A stretch of DNA of 64,000 nucleotides from Macrostomum lignano (lineage: Eukaryota): assembly GCA_002269645.1 (NCBI GenBank), contig NIVC01002244.1, positions 62,001-126,000 of the forward strand, given 5' to 3'. Below, one piece after another: positions 1-11,974 of the stretch. Every line of letters begins with the position of its first letter. Position 1 is the first letter of the stretch. The notes beneath the pieces are model-generated. The model was not told where the DNA came from, ran no database searches, and saw only the letters and a list, made by a program, of their open reading frames with translations. The position numbers and the translations under genes were made by a program.

Positions 1-2531
1 GCTTGGCTCTAATATTAGCTATCTTTATTTCTAACCATTTTGTCTGCTAAGCAAACAAAAAGTTTTCTTATTCTAAAACTGTTTGTCGATTGAGAAATGA
101 GGGTATGGGGATGAAACAGGATAAAGAGCTACCCAAAAATCTAATTTGATCAATAATATTGTTTAAATGCTAGGTATATTGATTTTTTCAAGCTATGATA
201 TGCTATTAGGACTTCTATGGTAAAGGGAGAAAGAAGAAAAACATGATATGTGACAGCTCTAGATTTCAAGGCTTCGTCATAAGCTACAATTATAAATATT
301 ATTTTATTTATATGATCCTTAGCTAAAAATTGTAATGCATGATTAGAACTTTATTGGATTGAAAATTAAAGTTAGTTTTGTTTTACTTGTGATAGATATC
401 TAATTAGTAAATAAGCTGTCAGCAGATGAATAAACAAGAAACTGATTGAAAAAATATATTTAGACTTATTCTGAATTAGAGGATATTTATTTGTTTTAAT
501 TTTATTTTTATTCAATTAAATTACTAGTTAACTCTATATACAATAATAGGCTATATTTATTTATTTATATTATTATACTAGTCTATATATATACAAATCT
601 TATTTACAAATTCATTTTTTATTTTTACAGTTTAGTAGGGCATAGGCCTATTTATTTTTAATATATAGGGTACATTGAAATTCATAAAGTTTATATGTTG
701 AACAATTGTTGCAATAGATTAAAAACCAGCTGGCATTCCTTTGGCTTACAATCATTAAAAATTGGGACAATCCCTTTTAGAAAGATATAAGAAAATAAAC
801 ATGTGTCATTTTAATCATATATCAAACCAGCAATCCAAAGTCATTACAGTCTTCTTTATTTTTCAGTTATCAAAGGATCCAATACCAAAAACATGTAGAA
901 TTAAATTATATAGACAATAAGATGTTTATACTATGCAAATGTTCATTGAAGAGGATCCTATATATCCACTTGTTTTATGATCATTAAATGGGAGAAATAC
1001 ATGTAAATGATTGTGAATCAAAGCTAAGGGGGTTGATATAAGTAACCAAAATTGATCCCTATTTAAATATATACTACTTTTAGTTCACAATCATTTATAT
1101 TTATTTCTTTTATTTAAATGATTATAAACTGAAGCTAAAAAGAGGGGGGGGGTAATAAGGATATGTTATATATTAATTCAATTGTCTTCTCTCTACAAAA
1201 CTTTGCAGATGATTATGAAATTGAGTCTAAAGTGCTATATAGTGCATGGTCAAACTATTGTTGCACTATATATAAAAATGGTATAAAAGTCAATAAGATA
1301 ACATCATGATATAACAAACATCTAAACCTTCTTAGCTTTGGTTTACAATCATTTACATGTTTTTCTCCCATTTAATAATAGGCTCATTCCATATAAGCAT
1401 GGTCGTAACATGACAGGCTATTTTTACTTATAAAATGAAATATAATAATAGAATATACTAAACCAATATTTTAAATGAAAGATAATTTTGTCAAAAATAT
1501 TTTTATAGAGTTTCATGTAGATATCATCATTAGTATAGATGCTATTAAACCTTGAATGGCACTTATGGTCGTAACAACAGGATTTTTGACATATAGAAAC
1601 TAAAAGGTAAAAGTCTTATAACATTTTTATTTTTGATATTTTGCAATACATTTTTTAAAATTTGACTAAGAACATCTTTAGAAATCATACTCTTTTTGTA
1701 GAGTATATAAACTCAAAAAGGCAACAAAGATACAAAAGAAAAGGCAGCCTTATGGTCGTAACATTATGGTTGTAACATATTTTTTTCTGTCAATTCAGTA
1801 ACTTTGAGGTACCAATATATTAAAAATATAATAGATTATTTGGTCACCAATACTTTTATCTGATGATGCAAGTACTATACTTTTATCTATAGTTTGTTTC
1901 AACCTTCCAAAGCTTTCTATTTGTTTTTAAAAGGTACACAAACTTAATGATGTCTTTTGCTTAGAAGAATGTTTAATTTTTTACAAAAATGACTTTTTGC
2001 CACTTGATAGCATACTAATCTAACATTTTATCATTCATTTATTCTTAGATTGTAGATATTACACATAAAAAACATTTGGTAAAAAATTGGCTGATAAGGC
2101 AATGGCAAGCAAAAATATTGACTTTTTTCTATTTTCCAAAAATGTCCATCTTATATGGAATGAGCCAATAGTAAACCAAAGTAGATATATAGGATCCTCA
2201 TTATTGCCATATGCCATGACAATAGAAGATATGCCATATGCCAGCTTCAATTATTCTATTTAGTTTTTCTAATGAAATAAATAAGCCTAATTTAACCATT
2301 TAGGCCTAACCATTGTTTATTTTAAGCAAGCCATGATTGCTAAAATGGAAAATAATATAGGGATTCTGAATCAAAATGCATGTGAAAAAAATGATTATAA
2401 ACTGAAGGAATGCCAAACCAGCTGTTATTTTTTTCTAAATTACTAATTTAATAGTTTAGACTTAGTCTTGAACTAGGCCTAGGCCTAATTCTTATATACC
2501 TAAATGTTTATATATATTTTGCGTGAATTCT

Positions 2532-3056
2532 GGTTGTTTCGCCCCAAACCATTTTGGTCATGGACATGACCATTTTTGCCTATAGTCTATTTCATGCATA
2601 AACTAGTTTGGCCATGGACCATTTTGCCTCCAATTTGGGCATGGTATTAATGTACTATTAGGCCCCTATATATTAACTAGACTCTAGAGATACAGCCATA
2701 TATATAATATATCTTTATTTTATTTTTTTCAATATATATAACTGCAAGGCTGGTCAATGAATAATCAATAAATTAAACTACACTGTACATTTTGGCCTAG
2801 AATAAATTGCATTCAAGTTACAATGTACATAGGGCCTATATAATTATTTCTCAGTCAACCAATAATGCAATACACTGTAAATATGAATAGTATATTCATA
2901 TTTACAATGTATTTACAGGGTTGTTCATTTCAACCCTGGTCCAAATTGGAGGCGAAATGGTCCATGGCTGAAATGGTTTATGGGCAAAATTGTCTATAGG
3001 TGAAAGGCCTAAGGGCAAAATGTCCATGGCCAAAATAGTTTATGGGCAAAACAACT
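2532..3056. mobile_element. Degenerate MITE/fold-back element with ~110-bp imperfect terminal inverted repeats
   Basis: 2532-2638 (..GGACCATTTTGCCTCCAATTTGG) is the approximate reverse complement of 2941-3056 (CCAAATTGGAGGCGAAATGGTCC..). AT-rich non-coding interior; no clear TSD. Confidence 0.55.
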
Positions 3057-3775
3057 GCTTACCATTGTGCACTATGGCCACTATGCTACATCAGGCCTAG
3101 AATCCTAGATATTTATAATTTTGGTATATAGGGCCTATAGGCCTAGGCCCTATACACTTAAGATCTAGGTTTTATAATAGTATATATATATATGTGCCAT
3201 GCCATGCAGCCATAGCATCTTGGATTTGGAGCCCCCAATACCAAATCAACACCTTGTTTTTTTCTGAGATTGATGCCAATTCTTACCAAACCAATAAAAA
3301 ATTAAATTAGGGCCTAGGTCTAGGCCTATGCTGCCTATCAAAACTAGATTCTAGAACAATGAATAGGCCTAATAAATTAGAAAACCTAGGCCTAGTCAAA
3401 TTGAAACCATTTCTTCCAACTTTAATCAAGGACCACTGTAGCATAAATAGCCTATAACGTCTTTATTGACGCCACTGCCATGACATCCTGGTTTTCAGTT
3501 TTTGATCAGGGTTATAGAGTGGACCCAGGACCAGACCAAGGATGCTGGATGCCAAGTTCACTGCCATTCTGGCGAAACACCAGGTTGAGAAATTGAGAAT
3601 GTAGCCAATATATGTACATCACTATTCTTCTAAGACCTTTATACGAATTATTAATTTCAATTAAAGTTTAGATCGGAACAATAATTGTCAATTGATTTCT
3701 GATTTGACTAGGCCATTAGAATATCTGTCATAGGAGTAAGCTCTCGATCAGCTCGAGCTTGAACTTTTTGATTTT

Positions 3776-4152
3776 GGGCTGCCCTAAAACACGCACCGCA
3801 CCGCCCCGAACCGCTACACATTATAACATTTTTTGTCAATACAGTATTTGATTGCAAAAAAAACTATTTGTTGTAAGAGTAATGGAATAAATATCTTTAA
3901 TTAATATTTTAAATATTATTATTATTTTTTATATTCTCGTTTCCATTATTAAATTATATTAATATTTTTTTATTAATATTATTAATATCACTTATTATTC
4001 ATCGAATTTTATATTTCTTAGTAAAAAAACTGAATTTAATAAAAACTTTAAAGCTTAACAGAAAACGCTTTTTTTAGTGTCTTCAGTTATAGTCCAATTT
4101 GTTTTAATGTGTAGCGCTGCAGGGCGGTGCGGGGCGTGTTTTAGGGAGACCC
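3776..4152. mobile_element. Non-autonomous DNA transposon (Mutator-like MITE, 377 bp)
   Basis: 48-bp TIRs at 3776-3823 and 4105-4152 starting GGG, with ~7 mismatches. Perfect 9-bp TSD TTTGATTTT at 3767-3775 and 4153-4161. A 9-bp TSD is typical of MULEs. Confidence 0.85.
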
Positions 4153-5502
4153 TTTGATTTTTAAAAACAATTTTTGTAAAGAAAAGTTTAACAAATACTT
4201 TTGTAAGTGAGTACTCTGTAAAAAATGTGATGATGCTGTCAATTTAAAACTTTTATTCAACTTATTGTGTCTCAATTTTTGAAAGAAATTAATCCCAGCT
4301 TTAAAACACTTTAAGTGAAGACATTTCTTGTTCAAATTACCTCTAACGAAATATGCAAAATTTCTACTTTTAACTTGATTGTTCATGTACGTATCATTAT
4401 ACACATTGTGAAAATACAATGCGTTGGCTTTAACAATTAGTCACTAACCAGTTTTTACTCATCGCGCTTATACCTTTGCCCGTCTTGGCCAGTAAAAAGA
4501 ATGTCGATCGCCTTGATGACAGCGCGGTGCAAATTACATGTATATCTCATTCTCTGTCCCTGTCAGCGCTGTGTCCGCAAGATATTTTTAGTTCTCGCTT
4601 TAATAACTCAGAGTTTTTTCCTGCGTATGCTTTAAAACTTAGTTTAATACTTTAGATCCTAAACTTTTCGTCAAAGTCGACTTTAGGCCGTCTTCTTAAT
4701 CGCCCTTTTTGTTAATTTTGAAACGTTTAGCCGATGATTGACGCCGTTCTATCCATCGGCGTAATGTAAAAGAATACCCAGAAAAATTGGCAACTGCGTC
4801 GATAGACGTCGGAAATGTCGGCTGACGTTGGATACGTCAGATTGCTGTTGTTCGTGGTTAGTTAATAAAACAAAAACTTTATACTGTTGCATGTATTATT
4901 AGAAGACCAAAACTTTATTAGACCTTCTTCCCACGCTTCTCCCTTGGAACACTTACTAAGCATTTTGGGCTAAATTCCATTGGAAAATCTCGACAGGAAA
5001 TTCACTCCCGGGCAAAATCTCCCTGTTTGGCACTTGAAACTGCGTTGTCATGCGACATGTAAATTTTGATTGACAGATGATTCTGTTTGAATGAATCTAC
5101 AAGTAATAATTAACTAGCTATGGCTGTGAATCGAAATTGACATTATTAATTCATAGCAAAACTCTAGCTAATGTAACTGCTTGAATAGTAATGAAAAAAA
5201 TGATTGAAGACACAAAGACAAAGAATTTGTAAAGTTCTACAAATACTGGTGGGTCACACGCCTTTAATTTGAAACAAAATACCTGGGAAAAAGTCTTCAA
5301 TAAGCAGCTGCTACTGCGAAGGAGACTATTTCAGTTTTAAATATTTAAAGTGTCAGTTTTGATTAGTTCAGCGTCTCTCACTTGAGAGCCAAGACTTCAC
5401 GAGCAACATGGGCTCAAGCTAGGGCTTCTCATCCGTGAGACGGCCCGCAATTATTGCGCAAGCTACACACCGAAAGCTCCTTATTAAGCTGCCGCACAAG
5501 GT

Positions 5503-6618
5503 ATGAAAACTCGATTCGTAAATTTCTGTATTATTTGCGCACTGATGGCGGTGTCAGTAGCCGCCGATCCCAACTGGAAGCTCCAGCGAGGCGACCTCGC
5601 TGAGTACAGCTTGCTGACGGTGAAGTCCACAGTCAGTGACACGCACTGCGTGATGGCCGCTGAAAATGCGGATGTCGTCCGCTTTTATGCGGCCTCCGGC
5701 TCCTGCTGGCTGCTGACCTGCGGTCGGGGAGCGATGGACGCCTGCAGGAAGTGCCGGCACGCCAGCGACTCCAGCCTGCCTCAGCTGTGGGTGAGCACTG
5801 TGGGTGAGTACTCTGTGGGTGAATACTTTGTGGGCGAGCACTCTGTGGGTGAGTACTCTGTGGGTGAGCACTCTTTAGGTGAGCACTCTGTGGGTGAGTA
5901 CTCTGTACGTGGATGAGTACTCTAGCTCTGTTAGTGAGTACTCAGTGAGTGAACTGCAAGTATATCTTTTTGAGGATGCATTATCCAGCGATCATCGAGT
6001 CAAGCAAAATTTGCACCGTTTCAGATGAGGAAGCCAGTGAAGTGCTGGACAACCTTCCAGCGCAGAGTCGACGGCTCAGTCAGCTTCAACCGGAACTGGT
6101 CGGAGTACGAGAGCGGATTCGGTCAGGGCGAGAGACTCAACTACTTGATGGGTCTGGAGCAGCTCCACCAGCTCACTAAGACTGGAGTGTGGAGAGTCCG
6201 CTGGGAGTTCAGCGACTGGAACGGCACCTGGTACTGGGCTGAGAATGCTCCGTTCTCAGTTGGCGCAGCGGCCGATAAGTACAGCTGCTCGATGGGACCG
6301 CTGGACACGAGCAGGTCGAATGTCGGACAGAAAAATAGTACTAGCTTGACTGCAGACAACAAGCAATTCAGCACCCCGGATTCCGACAATGACAGCTGGA
6401 ACGATGGAAGCTGCGCTGAAGGTAGGAAGGCTGGTTGGTGGTACGGTCATTGTTCGTTCATGGATCCAAATGGACTGTACAAGGACTACTCAAACTTTAT
6501 GTCAGGAGGAGGACTTTACTACCTGCTATACTCCCTCGACTCTGGCCATACCGTGCTGACGTGGTCCTATTCCATGAGGAAATTCGAGTGCCTGGTGGGC
6601 AGTTACGACATGCGTTAG
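5503..6618 (+). CDS. Secreted fibrinogen-related domain (FReD) protein with a Cys-containing, PAN/apple-like N-terminal segment; exons 5503-5790 and 6025-6618
   Basis: Signal peptide MKTRFVNFCIICALMAVSVAA. Donor TGG|GTGAG at 5790/5791 and acceptor TTTCAG|ATG at 6024/6025 (phase 0). Exon 2 has fibrinogen-C motifs: WTTFQRRVDGSVSFNRNWSEYESGFG, GLEQLHQLT, FSTPDSDND, GWWYGHC. Confidence 0.9.
5786..5945. repeat. 15-bp minisatellite (CTCTGTGGGTGAGTA) at the start of the FReD intron
   Basis: About 9-10 degenerate copies directly visible after the exon 1 donor. Confidence 0.9.
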
Positions 6619-7049
6619 CGCTTAGATGGCGGTAACCACTGTTCTTTGAGAAGCTCTGTGACGCTGGAAGCAGACTACTTTCTCAGTTAAAATCATCTCA
6701 AACGAAGATATACATGTGTAGATATAGTTGAATAGTGCAACTGTCTGCAGCTCGACTCTCTAATTAATGTCGGCAAAATACAACTAATCGACAAAATCGG
6801 TCACACTAAAATGTAATATTCAAGCATCCAATTCCTGATCGCTCGCAGCCTGTCTCAATCGAAGCAAAGATGTTGGAAGAGGGCTAGTGGGTTTTTTCTT
6901 GAAGATTGCAGCACAGCCAGAGGCCCTGTCCATGCCAATATCAAGGACAACTAGAAGCTACCGGTGTATCACGATGTGACGATATAATTCGATGACTTCT
7001 AGTGGTCCTTGTCAATATCCGCTGACATCTGAGCACATATGCAAGTGCT

Positions 7050-7310
7050 ATTAGACAATTTTACACATCTTGGGCTCATTAAAGAAGCAAGTGCAGTTTG
7101 TTTAAAATGAAGACTTGTATGATAAATATTTGAATTTCAGCCAGAATTTCCATAAAATCGCTAAAGTAAATGCCACATGCTTTTCGCCTCAAGAGATTGC
7201 TGCAATAACTACTTTACGTGCAGATGACAACAAAGTAGAGTCGCAAAGACCCAGAACAAAAAACACTTGCTTCTTTAATGAGCCCAACATGTGTGTAAAG
7301 TTGCCTAACA
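7050..7310. mobile_element. Small MITE-like element; related sequence near 21337-21560
   Basis: TTTACACATCTTGGGCTCATTAAAGAAGCAAGTG (7060-7093) is the near reverse complement of 7264-7300. A similar motif (ATGCTTCTTTGATGAGTCCAAG) occurs at ~21521. Confidence 0.5.
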
Positions 7311-7559
7311 ATACGACATAATATTTTACTGTTATTATAGCAGAAGAAGCTGATCCAAGAGCTGATGGCGCACAAGCCACTATCTATGCTATGGTGAGAC
7401 CTCAGCCAAGTCCAGCTCAGATGCCGCGACAAATATTTCAGCAGCAACCGCCGTCTTTTCAGCCGAAAGTTCCGGCACATTATTAGCCTAGGCCAAGGAA
7501 AGAGTTTCCGATTCGTTCCTATGCGCCGCAGCCAGGAAGGCGTGCAATGTGCCAGCACC

Positions 7560-10500
7560 CCGCGGCTCGATGAGGCCTGGTATAAGTCACCAGTGCCAGG
7601 TGAATCGCAAACAGGGAAACGGAGGGCGGCATGTTAGGCCACGATCCTCTAGGAGAAGTGAATGTGAAGTGAAGGCCTCTAATTGTAAATATAGAGTGTA
7701 CATTCAGAAGGTTGGCGAACAGTCCCAATGCGAAGAAGACACATGCTTGGTGTACTTTAGTGCAGTTCGAGATCTAGAGATAGAAATTGAATTTCTATTG
7801 TGCAGCCACGATTGCGATAATATATTAGGCATGGAATTCTTTAAGGAGCGCTGTGAAAGCACCAATTTAGCCAAAGGCATGTTAATTTTAAAAGAGGGGA
7901 CTTGTATCCCCATGCAGTAGACTCATTTGCCAGTGAGAGTTTGCCGAGTGTATACTCAGGAGAGAACAGTTGTTCCGCCTAATAGCGCACTGCGAATCCC
8001 AGTGAGATTAGCAAAAAATTCAGAAGCTAATTATGGCACGCCAATGACTATTGAGACTATTGGAAGTAGTATTGAAGTCGCCGAAATCGTCACTAGTAGG
8101 TCTAGCTAAGCCAATGAGAGCCAGAGAGCTCACCTACATGACCAGTGATGTAGATCAAACCGTTCTGAACCAGCCAATCACCGGACATGTCAATCAAGCG
8201 CAATCTATACAAGTGAAACTTGGATTAGCGAAATCGATATTAGTGAAAACTTGACAGCCAAACAGAGAGAAAAAGTGATTCAGCCCGTACAAGAGCATAG
8301 AGAGGCCTTCTCACAACATGATCTAGATATGGGCTTAACAGCATTAGTCACGCATGAGATCTCATTAAAATATGAGACACCTGTTAGGATTTCGACTAGA
8401 AGGATCCGCCCATCTTCAGAAACAGGTGGATGCTCAGTTAGATGACATGCTAGCCAAAAATCTAATTGGGCCATGCTATTCGACTTATTCAACACCTTTA
8501 GTGATAGTAGCCAAGAAAGATGGTACTATTCGAATAGTGACTTTTTAGAGTGCTGAATTCACGAGTGAATTACTTTCCGTATCCGCTGTCAAACATTCAA
8601 GAGACATTTTCGCATCTGACAGGCAGTCAATACTTTAGTAACCTTGACCTAAATTCTGGTTATTGGCAAGTTCCGATAAAAGAGGAACACAAGTTTATGA
8701 CTGCATTTTCAACATTAACGAGAGGTCAATTTGAGTACCAAGTCATGGCTCGGGGCTTATCTAATGCCTCAGGTACCTTTCAAAGACTAATGAATTTGGT
8801 ATTGGCAAGCATTCAGCATACATAGATGACATCGTGACCTATTCTAAACAATTTGAAGATCATTTAGAACACCTCAAAGAGGTATTTCAAAGACTAATTA
8901 TAATGCCGGACTGAAACTAAGGCAAAGTGGACTAGAGCTCATGATGAAGCATTTGAGGAGCTTAATAGTAGAATGATGTCAACAGAAGTATTAGCCTATC
9001 CAGAATTTGTAGACGATGAAAATGTTAGAATAGTCTTAGACACTGATGCTAGTGATGGACGCATAGGGGCCTGCCTAGGCCAAATCCAGTCAGATGGCAT
9101 CGAGAGGCCTATAGCATATTTCAGTCATGCTATGAAGGAATCAGAAAAGCGGTATCCAGATAACTAGAAAAGAGTTACTAGCGTTAGTAGACATTGGTAG
9201 GCATTTCAGATTTTATCTGATAGGAAAGCGATTTTTAGCGCACTGATCATTAGGCGATTTTATGGTTGTCAAGGCAAACAGAGGCCCAAGGGATTCTAGG
9301 ATGTTGGGTAGCGCCTGAACGAATTCCAATTCGATATCGAACATAGAAGCGGTGCAAAACACTCTAACGCGGACAGTTTGTCCAGAAGACCGGCAGAAGT
9401 AGCTGAAGCAACCGAGATTAGGAATGGCGTGAAAGCCTGTGAAAGTGAAACAGAGCAAGGCGTGAAAGCCTGTGAAATTGAAAAAGGCGTGAAAGCCTGT
9501 GAAAGAGAAACAGAGCAAGGCGTGAAAGCCTGTGAAAGTGAAACAGAGCAAGGCGTGAAAGCCTGTGAAAGTGAAAAAGGCGTGAAAGCCTGTGAAATTG
9601 AAAAAGGCGTGAAAGCCTGTGAAATTGAAAAAGGCGTGAAAGCCTGTGAAATTGAAAAAGGCGTGAAAGCCTGTGAAAGTGAAAAAGGCGTGAAAGCCTG
9701 TGAAATTGAAAAAGGCGTGAAAGCCTGTGAAATTGAAAAAGGCGTGAAAGCCTGTGAAATTGAAAAAGGCGTGAAAGCCTGTAAAATTGAAAAAGGCGTG
9801 AAAGCCTGTGAAAGTTAAAAATGCGTGAAAGCCTGTGAAATTGAAAAAGGCGTGAAAGCCTGTGAAAGTGAAAAAGGCGTGAAAGCCTGTAAAATTGAAA
9901 AAGGCGTGAAAGCCTGTGAAAGTTAAAAATGCGTGAAAGCCTGTGAAATTGAAAAAGGCGTGAAAGCCTGTGAAAGTGAAAAGGCGTGAAAGCCTGTGAA
10001 AGTGAAAAAGGCTTGAAAGCCTGTGAAAGTGAAAAAGGCGTGAAAGCCTGTGAAAGTGAAAAGGGCGTGAAAGCCTGTGAAAGTGAAAAGGCGTGAAAGC
10101 CTGTGAAAGTGAAAAAGGCGTGAAAGCCTGTGAAAGTGAAAAGGGCGTGAAAGCCTGTGAAAGTGAAAAGGCGTGAAAGCCTGTGAAAGTGAAAAAGGCG
10201 TGAAGCCGAGAGACAGCGTGAATGCTGCAGTAGGCGAGAGAGTAGAGGAAGGAGAAAGAGAGATGCAGACTCCGCATCCAGAGGACCCAGAGTCTAGGAT
10301 CAAGTCATTAGTCATTCAGGAGCAAAAGGTGTGAAGGTAGAAGACGTGTCAGCACCGAGTTCAAGCTTAAAGCAACAGAACAGAGACACTGAACCTGATC
10401 ACAGAGAGAGTGAGATGCCTAAAGTTGAAAAATTGCTAACTGACTTCTTGCAAGTACCATTGAAGAGAGAGCAAATTGTTAAAGCTCAAAGGGAAGATAC

Positions 10501-10830
10501 AGCAATCTGCACACTAATAGAGTGGAAGCAAGAAAATCTGTCAGTCCCACCAGTTCAGAAAAATGAGTCAGTTGAAATGAAGCAGTTAAGCCGAAAATAT
10601 GAGAAGATGAAATTAGAAAGGAATCTGTTGACATAGAAGAAGAAGGAACCTGGAAAATTGTTTTGCCTAAGTCTTTAGATAAGCTAGTGTTTAGCGATCT
10701 GCATGATAGCCCGCTAGGCAGAGATAAAGCAGTTCAGCGTGTTCGATGGAGATTTTGGAGACCAGGCCTAGTAGCTGCAGTAGAGAAGCATGTGGCAGAG
10801 GTAGAGTGCATCGCCTAGAGAGTAAAAGAG
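7560..10830 (+). mobile_element. Degenerate Ty3/Gypsy LTR-retrotransposon pol (protease-RT-RNase H-integrase start), frameshifted
   Basis: Fragments in changing frames: protease-like ILGMEFF; RT (LDLNSGYWQV, MARGLSNASGTFQRLMN, DDIVTYS); RNase H (VLDTDASDGRIGACLGQ..ERPIAYFS); integrase zinc-binding region (LPKSLDKLVFSDLHDSP). Many stops and frameshifts. Confidence 0.9.
9426..10207. repeat. 27-bp minisatellite (GGCGTGAAAGCCTGTGAAA[G/T]TGAAAAA) inside the Gypsy pol
   Basis: About 28 copies, with a few 33-bp variants at the left end. It accounts for ORFs 9213-10277(-) and 9378-9818(+). Confidence 0.95.
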
Positions 10831-11974
10831 GTCCATATTTTACCTAACTGTCTTGCTAATTGCTATTTTATTAGACATTATAAAAACAGCATTAACTATC
10901 CGGGATTGAATCCCGACCCAGTGAATCCCGGGATTCCGGGATTTTGACCCCTACAAGCAAGGGAAGCCACGCCAGAAAAAATAAATAAAAATCGGAAGAA
11001 GAGAGTTCTGATGAAGAACATCTGACTTGGCTTTGCAAGATTCGTGAAAACGAACATTCTGTGCATGAGAATGAATCAGAGTTAGAAGCCGAAACGGAAG
11101 CTGAAATAATATGCAACACGAAAGCTTAGCAGAGGAGAATGAGAGGCCAGAGAGAGGGGGAGGAGATGTAGCGATCGATAACAGAAACGAAGGGGGCGTT
11201 ATCAAAAACCTTAAAAATCACATTCTCTATAAAATTTGTGATGGGGACTGCGTTTTAATGGGTTTATGATGTGTCTTGTAAGGATTTAGAGAATAGAATT
11301 TAGTTAGGCCTCGAAAATTGTTATAATGATTATGTTTTTAGATATTGACATTTATAGCTGCATAGTTTTTATATATTTGATATACGCAAGTTTAAAATGG
11401 TTACACTTAAGATTGCAAGCAGGAAAAACAGAACCAGGTCTCGCAAATCGGGATTTTACAATACACATTTACGAGTGTATTGTAATACACTCGTACAGTA
11501 GTTATAGCAATTCTCATGGGCTTGAAATCATACTGCACGTATATGTGGATTTAAAAATTGTGTGTCTCTGATGATAGATAACAAGCAGTATAGTCGTGAT
11601 CACCTGGGAAATACGAGTCTAAAGGATATTAAGAATTTTCTAAGAACAAACGCTCCGATTCAAAAAAGTAAACAATAAAATGCTTACACAATGTAGCAAA
11701 TCAAATTCGAGATTGTGACGGTTAAGTTAATATATGCTCGATGTACATTGAAGAAAAGCGCGTTGTACTGTGCAATTATGTCAAATGAACATGTGTATGA
11801 ATGAATGTGTATGAATGTGAATTTTACGACATAATGAGTGCTCCAATAGGCTTGTCGTGAATATCAGATTCCTAGAGACGGTCATTTAAAAAATTAAGTA
11901 AATAAAAAAGCACGTCCTCGAGTCTCAGCCTCTGCATCAGCGACTGTCTCAGAGCCATCGCGTTGCTCCAGCGA

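Noticed and set aside
1-2500. AT-rich region with short imperfect inverted and dispersed repeats (e.g. 975-1040 versus 1322-1385) and a 63-aa ORF
   Set aside because: Looks like decayed non-autonomous transposon debris. There is no coding signal or definable boundary.
10898-10953. hAT-like terminal sequences (ATCCCGGGAT..GACCCCTA; also TAGGGGTGACCGGG at ~63447)
   Set aside because: Only single ends are visible, with no partner TIR, TSD or transposase. Too weak to call.
11150-11300. Polypurine tract followed by TGTAGCG as the start of a Gypsy 3' LTR
   Set aside because: Suggestive, but no matching 5' LTR or PBS was found in the window, so LTR boundaries cannot be supported.
11470-11495. Perfect 12-bp-stem hairpin TACGAGTGTATT-GT-AATACACTCGTA (mirrored at ~20986-21011)
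   Set aside because: No Helitron CTRR end or other context; it may be a chance or local fold-back.
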